DNA of 50,783 nucleotides from an uncultured Candidatus Saccharibacteria bacterium (GTDB taxonomy: Bacteria > Patescibacteriota > Saccharimonadia > Saccharimonadales > JALRHH01). Below, piece after piece: positions 1-7,681 of the stretch (positions within the stretch are counted from its first letter, which is position 1; the number at the start of each line of letters is the position of its first letter). A program made the translations under genes and the position numbers. The notes under the pieces were generated by a model, which saw nothing but the letters and a program-made list of their open reading frames with translations, searched no databases and was not told the DNA's origin. The DNA lies in assembly GCA_964639295.1 (NCBI GenBank), contig CAZXDT010000001.1, forward strand, positions 1-50,783, given 5' to 3'.

Positions 1-720
1 GTCGTTGATATCATGCTTAACCTCAAGGGTGTACGCTTCCGCGTATTTGGTGGTGAAGCTCAGACTTTACGTATCGTAAAGAAGGGCAAGGGAACTGTAA
101 CTGCTAAAGATATTCAGGTTAACGCTGATGTCGAAATTGTAAACCCAGAACACGTTATCGCTACTATTGACGACGACAAAGCAACACTAGTTATGGACCT
201 CGTTGTTGAAGCAGGCCGTGGCTACCGTACTATTGAAGAAGGCGCATCACGTAAGGCAAGCGATATGATCGCTGTCGATGCAATCTTTACTCCAGTACTA
301 CGTGTACGTTACAAGGTTGAAAACACTCGTGTTGGCCAGATGACCAACCTTGATAAGCTTCACCTTACTGTTGATACAGATGGTTCAATCACTCCACGTG
401 AGGCGTTTGAAGAAGCATCAGCTATCTTGGTTAACCAGTACACAGCACTAGCAGGTCAGACTCGTGTTGAGTCAACTGCTCACACTGTTGCTGGCGATGA
501 CGATGAAGCAGCTGCTGATGGTGACGAAGCTCCAGAACTCATGACTTCTATCGAAGACTTGAACCTGAGCGCTCGTACTACCAACGCTTTGATCAACAAC
601 GAAATCCACACTTTGAAGGACTTGTTCTCTCTCAGCGATGGTGAACTACGTGAACTCAAAGGTTTCGGCAGCAAAGCTCTCGACGAAGTCAAAGAGAAGC
701 TAGCGGAGTTGGAGCTCTAA
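1..720 (+). CDS. rpoA: RNA polymerase alpha subunit, C-terminal part (5' end lies outside the window)
   Basis: The frame is open from nt 1. The translation ends with the alpha-CTD helix-hairpin-helix region (EDLNLSARTTNALINNEIHTLKDL...LKGFGSKALDEVKEKL). It is followed directly by rplQ, as in the conserved rpoA-rplQ pair. Confidence 0.9.
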   Translation, partial: VVDIMLNLKGVRFRVFGGEAQTLRIVKKGKGTVTAKDIQVNADVEIVNPEHVIATIDDDKATLVMDLVVEAGRGYRTIEEGASRKASDMIAVDAIFTPVLRVRYKVENTRVGQMTNLDKLHLTVDTDGSITPREAFEEASAILVNQYTALAGQTRVESTAHTVAGDDDEAAADGDEAPELMTSIEDLNLSARTTNALINNEIHTLKDLFSLSDGELRELKGFGSKALDEVKEKLAELEL

Positions 721-721
721 T

Positions 722-1219
722 ATGCACCGTCACTCATATAAAGGAAGGAAATTCGGCCGCGAACGCGATCAACGACGTGCTCTCATGAAGGGTCTCGCTG
801 ATAGCCTCGTTAAGTACGAATCAATCGAAACTACTTTGCACAAGGCAAAGGAAATCGTTCCTTACGTAGAAAAGTTAATTACAAAGGCTAAGAAGGGTGA
901 TCTTCACAACCGCCGTATGGTGATTGCTGACTTGCAAACAGTCGCAAGCGCACACAAGTTGGTTGACGAAATCGCACCAAAGCTCACAAGCCGCAACAGT
1001 GGTCACCTCCGTGTAGAGCGTACTCGTACTCGTCGTGGTGATAACGCACAGCTTGCACGTGTCAGCTTTGTTGATGACCTCAAGGAAGCACCAGTTGCTA
1101 AGGCCGTGCCTAAGGCTCCAGCACCAGCAAAGGCTGAAAAGCCTGCGGTTGCTAAGAAGCCAGCCGCTAAGCCTGCAGCTAAGAAAGCTCCAGTCAAGAA
1201 AGCCGAGGAGAAGAAATAA
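722..1219 (+). CDS. rplQ: 50S ribosomal protein L17 with a Lys/Ala/Pro-rich C-terminal tail
   Basis: L17-type N-terminus (HRHSYKGRKFGRERDQRRALMKGLADSL). The ATG lies 2 nt after the rpoA stop. Residues 121-165 are a low-complexity AKP-rich tail. Confidence 0.95.
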   Translation: MHRHSYKGRKFGRERDQRRALMKGLADSLVKYESIETTLHKAKEIVPYVEKLITKAKKGDLHNRRMVIADLQTVASAHKLVDEIAPKLTSRNSGHLRVERTRTRRGDNAQLARVSFVDDLKEAPVAKAVPKAPAPAKAEKPAVAKKPAAKPAAKKAPVKKAEEKK

Positions 1220-1659
1220 TGAAAACCTATAGTGCAAAACCCACAGATGTAGAGCGCAAATGGTACGTTATTGACGCTGCCGAAGCTCCACTTGGTCGCC
1301 TCTCTACTCAGGTAGCTACATTGCTAACTGGTAAGGGTAAGACTCAGTTCACAAAGCACATCGACTGCGGTGACTTCGTTATCGTGATCAACACCGACAA
1401 CCTTGTTGTTACCGGCAAGAAGATGGAAGACAAAATGTACTACAAGCACTCTGGTTACCCAGGTGGTTTGAAGGAACTACAGCTTAAGGAAAAGATGGCT
1501 AAAGATTCAACCGAAGTTATCTTTAAGGCTGTACGTGGTATGCTCCCAGTCAACAAATTGCGCGATGGCCGTTTGGCTCGTCTCAAGATTTACCCTGGTA
1601 TGGAACACAATCACGCTCCACAGAAACCAGTGGCTTATTCAGTTAAAGGAGATAAGTAA
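1219..1659 (+). CDS. rplM: 50S ribosomal protein L13
   Basis: KTYSAKPTDVERKWYVIDA...GRLSTQVATLLTGKGK is a typical L13 N-terminus. There is a TAATG overlap with rplQ. Confidence 0.95.
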   Translation: MKTYSAKPTDVERKWYVIDAAEAPLGRLSTQVATLLTGKGKTQFTKHIDCGDFVIVINTDNLVVTGKKMEDKMYYKHSGYPGGLKELQLKEKMAKDSTEVIFKAVRGMLPVNKLRDGRLARLKIYPGMEHNHAPQKPVAYSVKGDK

Positions 1660-1661
1660 TC

Positions 1662-2060
1662 ATGGCTGCACAGAACTATTTCTACGCACTTGGGCGCCGT
1701 AAGAGCGCAACCGCACGTGTACGTTTGCAGTCTGGCAAAGGCAACATTACCATCAACGGTAAGCCTGCAGCTGAGTACTTCGAAAACAGCAAGACTCTGT
1801 TGGCCGAACTCCAGAAACCATTTGCGGTTCTAGAGATCGAAAACAAGTTTGACTGTAGCGTATTAGTAGCTGGTGGCGGTCACGCCGGCCAGGCTGATGC
1901 TTTGCGTCTTGGCATTGCCAAAGCACTCGTTCTATTGAACGAAGACTACAAGTCTACACTACGTCGTGCTGACTTGCTTAGTCGTGACTCACGTGAGCGC
2001 GAACGTAAGAAGTTCGGTCTTAAGTCTGCACGTAAGCAACGCCAGTTTACAAAGCGTTAA
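1662..2060 (+). CDS. rpsI: 30S ribosomal protein S9
   Basis: GGGHAGQADALRLGIAKAL and the C-terminal RDSRERERKKFGLKSARKQRQFTKR are S9 hallmarks. It forms the conserved rplM-rpsI pair. Confidence 0.95.
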   Translation: MAAQNYFYALGRRKSATARVRLQSGKGNITINGKPAAEYFENSKTLLAELQKPFAVLEIENKFDCSVLVAGGGHAGQADALRLGIAKALVLLNEDYKSTLRRADLLSRDSRERERKKFGLKSARKQRQFTKR

Positions 2061-2081
2061 ACAATATTGTGGATCAATCAC

Positions 2082-2104
2082 AGGAGGCTTCGGCCTCCTT
2101 TTTG
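2082..2104 (+). terminator. intrinsic terminator after rpsI
   Basis: AGGAGGC-TTCG-GCCTCCT forms a 7-bp stem followed by TTTT. Confidence 0.8.
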
Positions 2105-2120
2105 GTATAGTGGAGTAAAT

Positions 2121-3092
2121 ATGGGTAAAAAACCAAAGTCAGCAGAAGACAAGATAATACAGAAGAAACAGCAGTGGGTGGAGCGGACTGCTGAGGTTTT
2201 GCATGTTTCTGAGGAGACAGTTGAACATCTGTTGCATGTGCCTAGGCAGCAGAGTATTCGTATCAATACTCTTAAAACTGATGCTAAAACGGCTATAACC
2301 GAGCTTAAGGCCCACGGTTGGCAAGGGCAACCTATAGAGTGGTGTGTAAATGGCTTTACAGTTGAGTCAGATCTTAAGAAGATACGCGATAGTGATTTAG
2401 TGGCTAACGGAGCTGTGTATATACAAAATGCTGCCAGCTGGCTACCTGTTCTGGCACTTGACCCACAACCCGGCGAGTCAATCCTGGACGTTTGTGCTGC
2501 CCCTGGAGGCAAGACAAGCCATATAGCGGCTGTTACGGGTAATAACGCCTACATCACGGCAAATGACAATTCACGCCCCAGACTGGCTAAGATTAGAGCA
2601 AACTTAGACCGTTTAGGTGTAGAAAACATCAAATATACCTTATTTGATGGGATTCACCTGACTCACAAGCTGTATGGCAGGGAATACGACAAGATACTGC
2701 TCGATGCACCCTGTAGTGGCGAGGGCATGATGACATTGGACAATGACAAAGACTTTGCTACCTGGTCAGTTGCACACATTAAGCGTCTACAGCAGTTACA
2801 AAAACGTATCCTAGCGCAGTCCTGGCAACTGCTCGAACCAGGTGGAACCTTAGTGTATAGCACATGTACTATGGCTCCGGAAGAAAACGAAGCCGTGATT
2901 GACTACTTACTACGGCATAACGATGACGTCATGATAGAGCAAATCAAAATGGATCTACCCAACCGAGTAGCCCCAGTTATGTCTTGGAATGGCAAAAACT
3001 TTGACCCATCCCTCAAATTTGCCATGAGACTAATCCCGAGTCCCGAAATAGAAGCCTTCTTTGTTTGCAAATTAGTCAAAACAGTAGTTTAA
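2121..3092 (+). CDS. SAM-dependent RNA cytosine-C5 methyltransferase (NOL1/NOP2/Sun, RsmB/RsmF-like)
   Basis: Motifs DVCAAPGGKTSHIA (SAM binding), LLDAPCSGEGM and YSTCTMAPEENE (the two catalytic Cys motifs). I chose the start at ATG 2121 because the longer TTG 2067 frame would run through the rpsI terminator. Confidence 0.85.
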   Translation: MGKKPKSAEDKIIQKKQQWVERTAEVLHVSEETVEHLLHVPRQQSIRINTLKTDAKTAITELKAHGWQGQPIEWCVNGFTVESDLKKIRDSDLVANGAVYIQNAASWLPVLALDPQPGESILDVCAAPGGKTSHIAAVTGNNAYITANDNSRPRLAKIRANLDRLGVENIKYTLFDGIHLTHKLYGREYDKILLDAPCSGEGMMTLDNDKDFATWSVAHIKRLQQLQKRILAQSWQLLEPGGTLVYSTCTMAPEENEAVIDYLLRHNDDVMIEQIKMDLPNRVAPVMSWNGKNFDPSLKFAMRLIPSPEIEAFFVCKLVKTVV

Positions 3093-3116
3093 TTAGCCGT
3101 ATTAAGGAGTTTAGGC

Positions 3117-3617
3117 ATGTTATACCAACGTGTTTCGTCACCAGAACAGGCCGAAAGTCTATTGTACGAAGCCGGCTCCACCTATTGGGATGGTAATACC
3201 TTAGTTTTTCGCGACATGTACTCTTGGCCAAACCTTGATGCAAGTTATAGTGAAGACCGACCTTATAAGTTGAGCCCACTATTTGGCGTAAAAGGCAAAG
3301 CAGAACATATCTCCAGTTCACGAGCAATACAAACCACACTTTTTGACGGCATACACGTACCGTTAGAGAATAGTGGCTTACTAGTTGTTGTACCGCTTAA
3401 GAGATTTTCCCAAGTAGTTACTAGAGCTTCTTATGCTGAGGTGCGTTATTATCCTCAAAAAGAGATCGATTTTACTGCGGGAGAAATGTGCTTGATGGGT
3501 GCAGCTAGGGCGGTTTATGAAGTGGCGAATGGTGTAAATACCGAAGGTCATGCAGAGCGCTATAACGCTATGTTAGATGCGACAGATGCAAATTGGGCAA
3601 AACGTAATAGCCACTAG
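3117..3617 (+). CDS. hypothetical protein (166 aa)
   Basis: An ORF with a good SD (AAGGAG, 7 nt upstream). No motif recognised. Confidence 0.6.
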   Translation: MLYQRVSSPEQAESLLYEAGSTYWDGNTLVFRDMYSWPNLDASYSEDRPYKLSPLFGVKGKAEHISSSRAIQTTLFDGIHVPLENSGLLVVVPLKRFSQVVTRASYAEVRYYPQKEIDFTAGEMCLMGAARAVYEVANGVNTEGHAERYNAMLDATDANWAKRNSH

Positions 3618-3638
3618 AGTAAAAAGTAATATATAATC

Positions 3639-4676
3639 ATGGCAATGAGTAAACCTGTAATTTTGACCGGACTACGTGCCAATAATGATCTTCATATTGG
3701 TAATTACCTAGGTGCGCTGTTACCTATGATTGATATGGCCAAGCAAAAGGCTGGTAAATACCAAGTTAATTTGTTTGTGCCTGACCTACACAGCTTTACA
3801 ACCCCAATAGATCACGGCACATTGCAAGAAGCTATCATGAACAACCTCCGCGTATACGCAGCGGCAGGCTTACCACTAGATAATGAAAACGTTCACATTT
3901 ACCGCCAAAGCTATGTTTCTGCACACAGTGAGCTAACTTGGATCCTTGATTGCTTCACTGGCATGGGTGAAATGGGTCGTATGACACAGTTCAAGGATAA
4001 ATCAGGCAAGCTTAATGAAGACCGTATTAGCGTAGGACTGTTTAATTACCCAGTACTCATGGCTGCTGATATCCTTTTGTACGGATCAAGTTATGTGCCT
4101 GTTGGCGATGACCAGTCGCAGCACCTCGAGTTTGCACGTGATATTGCGACACGAATGAACAGCCAGTTTAATGAGTTGTTTGTAGTACCAAAAGCAGTCG
4201 CAGAACAACATAAATTCTTTGGCAAGGATCAAGGTCTACGCGTTAAAGACCTGGCAGACCCAAGTAAAAAGATGAGTAAGAGTGATGAAACCGGTAAAGG
4301 TGTAATCTTCCTGACAGATACACCAGATGTAGCGCGTAAGAAGGTTATGAGTGCCACTACAGATAGTATTGGTCAGATTAACTACGACTATGAGAAGCAA
4401 CCTGGTATCAGTAGCCTAATTGATCTTCTTGCATTACTCCAGGGTGTCGACAAACAATCTGTTATTGATAAATATCAAGGTCAAGCAATGTACGGTCCAC
4501 TTAAAACGGAAGTTGCAGACGTTGTCGTTAGCTTCTTGACTGATTTCCAGACCAAACTTGCAAGCGTTGACGATAAAGTTCTTCTTACAAAACTTGAATC
4601 TGATGAAAAGCTCATGAACGAACAAGCCAACGCAACCCTCCTCAAAGTTCAAAAGGCCGTTGGTCTGCGAGCATAA
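3639..4676 (+). CDS. trpS: tryptophan--tRNA ligase
   Basis: Class I HIGH-type motif (NDLHIGNYLGA) and KMSKS (KKMSKSD). At 345 aa the size is typical of TrpRS. Confidence 0.9.
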   Translation: MAMSKPVILTGLRANNDLHIGNYLGALLPMIDMAKQKAGKYQVNLFVPDLHSFTTPIDHGTLQEAIMNNLRVYAAAGLPLDNENVHIYRQSYVSAHSELTWILDCFTGMGEMGRMTQFKDKSGKLNEDRISVGLFNYPVLMAADILLYGSSYVPVGDDQSQHLEFARDIATRMNSQFNELFVVPKAVAEQHKFFGKDQGLRVKDLADPSKKMSKSDETGKGVIFLTDTPDVARKKVMSATTDSIGQINYDYEKQPGISSLIDLLALLQGVDKQSVIDKYQGQAMYGPLKTEVADVVVSFLTDFQTKLASVDDKVLLTKLESDEKLMNEQANATLLKVQKAVGLRA

Positions 4677-5587
4677 TGGCTAATTTGAATATTTCCCGGG
4701 CTGAGCGACTGGATATGCGCGTTATTGCGATGTATCCGGATTTGACGCGGAGTGTCGCATACAAGCTTATTGAAGTTGGCAAGGTGTCAGTAAACGGTAA
4801 AGTTGCTACAAAAGCCGGGCAAAAGCTCAAGCCAGGCGATGACATTGTCGTGGACTATAACCATGAGCTTATGTCAGAGATCCCTTCAATTGAAATCCCT
4901 ACTTTGTACGAGGATGATGACTGTGTGGTTATCGTTAAGCCTATCGGCATCTTGAGCCATAGCAAAGGCGCATTTAACCCAGAGGCTACAGTAGCTTCAT
5001 GGTTGGCCGAACACTTAGTCAAGGCAGGTAAGAAACCACTCTGGATTTTGGAAAAAGACGTAGAGTCTGGAAGCCCAAATAACCCCAGGGCTGGTATAGT
5101 ACACCGACTCGACCGCGCTACCAGTGGTGTTATGATCTGTGCCAAGACACCAGCCGCATTGGCATTTTTACAGAAACAATTTAGCCAACGTAAGTCCAAG
5201 AAAACGTATACAGCGGTGGTAGCTGGTCACCTGAAACCCCAGCATGCAATTATTGATATGCCAATTGAGCGTAATCCAAAGAACCCAAAGACATTCCACG
5301 TCAGTACAAGTGGTAAGCCATCAGTAACTGAGTACGAAGTTATGGCAAGTAGTGATGATTATGACTTGGTTGAGCTAAAGCCCGTAACAGGTCGCACCCA
5401 TCAGCTTCGCGTACACCTTAACCATCAGGGGCATCCAATCGTTGGCGATACCTTCTATAACGGGCCAAAAGCTGATCGATTGTTCTTACATGCGCATGTT
5501 CTAGAAATTACGCTGCCAAACAAGGAACGTAAAATATTTACTGCTCCAATCCCTGAGGAGTTCGATCAACTAATTAAGACGTCATGA
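4676..5587 (+). CDS. RluA/RluD-family pseudouridine synthase with an N-terminal S4 domain
   Basis: HRLDRATSGVMICAKT carries the catalytic Asp motif, and RTHQLRVHL is also present. There is a TAATG overlap with trpS. Confidence 0.85.
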   Translation: MANLNISRAERLDMRVIAMYPDLTRSVAYKLIEVGKVSVNGKVATKAGQKLKPGDDIVVDYNHELMSEIPSIEIPTLYEDDDCVVIVKPIGILSHSKGAFNPEATVASWLAEHLVKAGKKPLWILEKDVESGSPNNPRAGIVHRLDRATSGVMICAKTPAALAFLQKQFSQRKSKKTYTAVVAGHLKPQHAIIDMPIERNPKNPKTFHVSTSGKPSVTEYEVMASSDDYDLVELKPVTGRTHQLRVHLNHQGHPIVGDTFYNGPKADRLFLHAHVLEITLPNKERKIFTAPIPEEFDQLIKTS

Positions 5588-6444
5588 ACGAACTACTTCT
5601 TCACACTAAGACTCGACAATCACTCGAACAAGTAGCTGACAGTGGTGCACATGCAACTTTACTGGTTGGTGAACTCGGGGCTGGTAAACATACCATTGCT
5701 GTAAGTCTTGCTACTCAAATGTTAGGAGTGAATGCTGATAGTGCTCCGTATTTCCTCAACATCGCAGCAGAAGGTAAGAGCATAGGCATTGAACAGGTAC
5801 GAGAACTACAGAAGTTCTTGCAGCTCAAAACTGCTGGATCAGCTAAGACCCGTAGAGTCATAGTAATAGATGATGGGGACACAATGACGGTTGAGGCTCA
5901 GAACGCGCTCCTGAAGCTCCTAGAAGAGTCTCCAGACGACACAGCACTTATTCTGACCGCACATAAGCCACACCAACTCCGTCCAACCATTCATTCCAGA
6001 GTTCAAACGGTTAATGTACTACCTCCGCTTAAAGATGATGTTATTGGATACTTCCTAGGTAAGGGCTTTAACGGAACTGATATTGAACGCGCAATGCTGG
6101 TTAGTAACGGACAGGTCGGCCTCATGACGGCATTACTAGAAGATGCGACGGACCATGTATTGGCAACGCACATCACGACGGCCAAGAAGCTTTATGGCAT
6201 GAGTGCTTTTGAGCGACTCACTAAAGTTGACGAGATTAGCAAAGATAAAGAAACGCTACAAGATCTGTTATTTGCCTGCAAAAGGATATGTGTAGGTGCG
6301 CTTGAACAAGCAGCAATAAAGCAACAAACTACCGCCGTAAAAACCTGGCACAAACAACTGAAGTTAATCGTTAACGCTGAGAGTTCTCTCAAACACAACC
6401 CAAACACGAAACTACTCCTCACTGACCTCTTTGTTAGCATGTGA
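5584..6444 (+). CDS. holB: DNA polymerase III delta' subunit
   Basis: AAA+ clamp-loader layout with a degenerate P-loop (GELGAGKHT), VIVIDDGDTM (Walker B-like) and IHSRVQTV (sensor motif). There is an ATGA overlap with the upstream gene. Confidence 0.7.
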   Translation: MNELLLHTKTRQSLEQVADSGAHATLLVGELGAGKHTIAVSLATQMLGVNADSAPYFLNIAAEGKSIGIEQVRELQKFLQLKTAGSAKTRRVIVIDDGDTMTVEAQNALLKLLEESPDDTALILTAHKPHQLRPTIHSRVQTVNVLPPLKDDVIGYFLGKGFNGTDIERAMLVSNGQVGLMTALLEDATDHVLATHITTAKKLYGMSAFERLTKVDEISKDKETLQDLLFACKRICVGALEQAAIKQQTTAVKTWHKQLKLIVNAESSLKHNPNTKLLLTDLFVSM

Positions 6445-6465
6445 TTATGCTATACTGTATCTCAT

Positions 6466-7125
6466 ATGTATGAACTTGCCTTAGTGGTGGGATTTGGGGT
6501 GTTAGCGTTCCGTGCAGCAGATATTAGGCACGAGAACGCTGATGACATACCCCGAAAAGTTGGTGATAAGATGGGTAAGCTCTGGGATATTGCACACCAG
6601 GGTATGCGCGAGAATCGTTTCCTGCGTGCTGAAAAAGCCCTCCTAACTATCCTTAAGATTGACCAAAAGAACGCCGCTGCCTATAACCGACTCGGTATCT
6701 TATACGCTAAACAAAAAGAGTATAAGGATGCAATTGACTGTTTCGAAATTGCCTCCAGCATCGAGCCTACCTCTTCAAGCCTCCATAACCTTGGTCTTAT
6801 CTATTATGAGACAGAGAACTACCAGAAGGCTGCGACAGCCTTTGAACAGGCCCTAAAGCTTGAGGAAGAGCTTGCAGCTCGTCACATAGCCTACGCTAAG
6901 GTTCAAGAAAAGCTTGGTAACATCAAGCTGATGTTCAATGAGCTAGAACGTGCAGTAGAACTAGAGCCAAACAAAGAAAGCTTTACGTTGCTAAAGAACG
7001 CATATGAGCACAACGGCGAACAGGCAGAAGCAGACCTTATAGAAGAAAAGCTTAAGAAATTCATTGCTCCAACCAGCGTTCCACAAGCAAAACGTATCAA
7101 ACGCCCAAAACGCGTCGTTATCTAA
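6466..7125 (+). CDS. TPR-repeat protein with a possible N-terminal membrane helix
   Basis: At least three 34-aa TPR-like units are present (AAAYNRLGILYAKQKEYKDAIDCFEIASSIEP; SSLHNLGLIYYETENYQKAATAFEQALKLEE; a third follows). The start is uncertain: ATG 6466 has no SD but sits 9 nt after TATACT, and Met36 is an alternative. Confidence 0.7.
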   Translation: MYELALVVGFGVLAFRAADIRHENADDIPRKVGDKMGKLWDIAHQGMRENRFLRAEKALLTILKIDQKNAAAYNRLGILYAKQKEYKDAIDCFEIASSIEPTSSSLHNLGLIYYETENYQKAATAFEQALKLEEELAARHIAYAKVQEKLGNIKLMFNELERAVELEPNKESFTLLKNAYEHNGEQAEADLIEEKLKKFIAPTSVPQAKRIKRPKRVVI

Positions 7126-7157
7126 GTAGCTTAAGGACCTTGCTCAACAGATGACTT

Positions 7158-7177
7158 TTTGGTACACTCTACCGGTA
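7158..7177 (+). promoter_or_regulatory. promoter-like block upstream of tRNA-Thr(TGT)
   Basis: TTTGGTACACTCTACCGGT includes the -10-like TACACT at 7163-7168. It is 18/19 identical to 11810-11828 and sits at the same distance from the mature tRNA 5' end. Confidence 0.55.
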
Positions 7178-7194
7178 CTTTAAAACATAAACGT

Positions 7195-7271
7195 GCCACC
7201 TTAGCTCAGCTGGTTAGAGCAGCTGTTTTGTAAACAGCAGGTCGTCGGTTCGAATCCGACAGGTGGCTCCA
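7195..7271 (+). tRNA. tRNA-Thr (anticodon TGT), CCA encoded
   Basis: Hand-folded cloverleaf: acceptor GCCACCT/AGGTGGC, anticodon stem GCTGT/ACAGC, loop TTTGTAA, T-arm GTCGG-TTCGAAT-CCGAC. Confidence 0.9.
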
Positions 7272-7370
7272 ATCTACACTTTGGTATACATTCTTATTGC
7301 GAGAATACCAAAGTGACCATGAGCTTGAGTTCATGGAGGTGTTCATAGCCGTCAGGAGTGGCGGCAATGT

Positions 7371-7455
7371 GCCGGAATCGTCTAGTGGCAATGACAGGAG
7401 ACTGTAAATCTCCCGCCTTTCGGCTTCGTAGGTTCGAGTCCTACTTCCGGCACCA
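7371..7455 (+). tRNA. tRNA-Tyr (anticodon GTA) with a long variable arm, CCA encoded
   Basis: Acceptor GCCGGAA/TTCCGGC, anticodon stem GGAGA/TCTCC, loop CTGTAAA, a long variable arm and T-arm GTAGG-TTCGAGT-CCTAC. Confidence 0.9.
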
Positions 7456-7462
7456 AATTAAG

Positions 7463-7486
7463 AAGTCGACCACAGGTCGGCTTTTT
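7463..7486 (+). terminator. intrinsic terminator after the tRNA-Thr/tRNA-Tyr pair
   Basis: AGTCGACC-ACA-GGTCGGCT (one G-U pair) followed by TTTTT. Confidence 0.75.
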
Positions 7487-7681
7487 AATTTGTTCCTGTA
7501 AGTCTCGAACCGTACAGCCAAAGGCTGAGGTTCAGTCTTCAAAGCCTCGCGCAGGAGTTTACTCCGAGTAAGGCTGCAGAAGTGCACCGTCCTACTTCTA
7601 TGAGAATCTGGAACGTGTTAACAACATTGTAGGTCTTCATAAACAAAAGCATTTAGGTATAATATACGTATATAGCTGGGG

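Noticed and set aside
875-1237. Antisense or alternative-frame ORFs inside r-protein genes (for example 480..692, 875..1237, 1003..1197, 33117..33338, 33660..33998, 44417..44692, 44830..45033, 44928..45326).
   Set aside because: They lie wholly within strongly supported conserved genes. Their low-complexity translations are driven by the Ala/Lys-rich codons of the true frame.
2067-2120. A longer TTG-initiated N-terminus for the methyltransferase ORF (2067..3092).
   Set aside because: The extension is translated straight through the rpsI terminator hairpin (2082-2104) and encodes an implausible peptide. ATG 2121 fits better.
5584-5587. An alternative genetic code (UGA recoding, as in some CPR lineages).
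   Set aside because: TGA functions as the stop in conserved ATGA junctions (5584-5587, 40102-40105, 41061-41064, 15467-15470 on the minus strand). All conserved proteins are full length under the standard code.
7487-7655. A possible ncRNA or tRNA remnant in the 170-nt gap after tRNA-Tyr. It contains GTCTCGAACC, which resembles an antisense T-arm, and several 5-bp hairpins using AGGCT/AGCCT.
   Set aside because: I could not build a cloverleaf on either strand. I found only a weak minus-strand TACAAT and no convincing long helices, so it is left unassigned.
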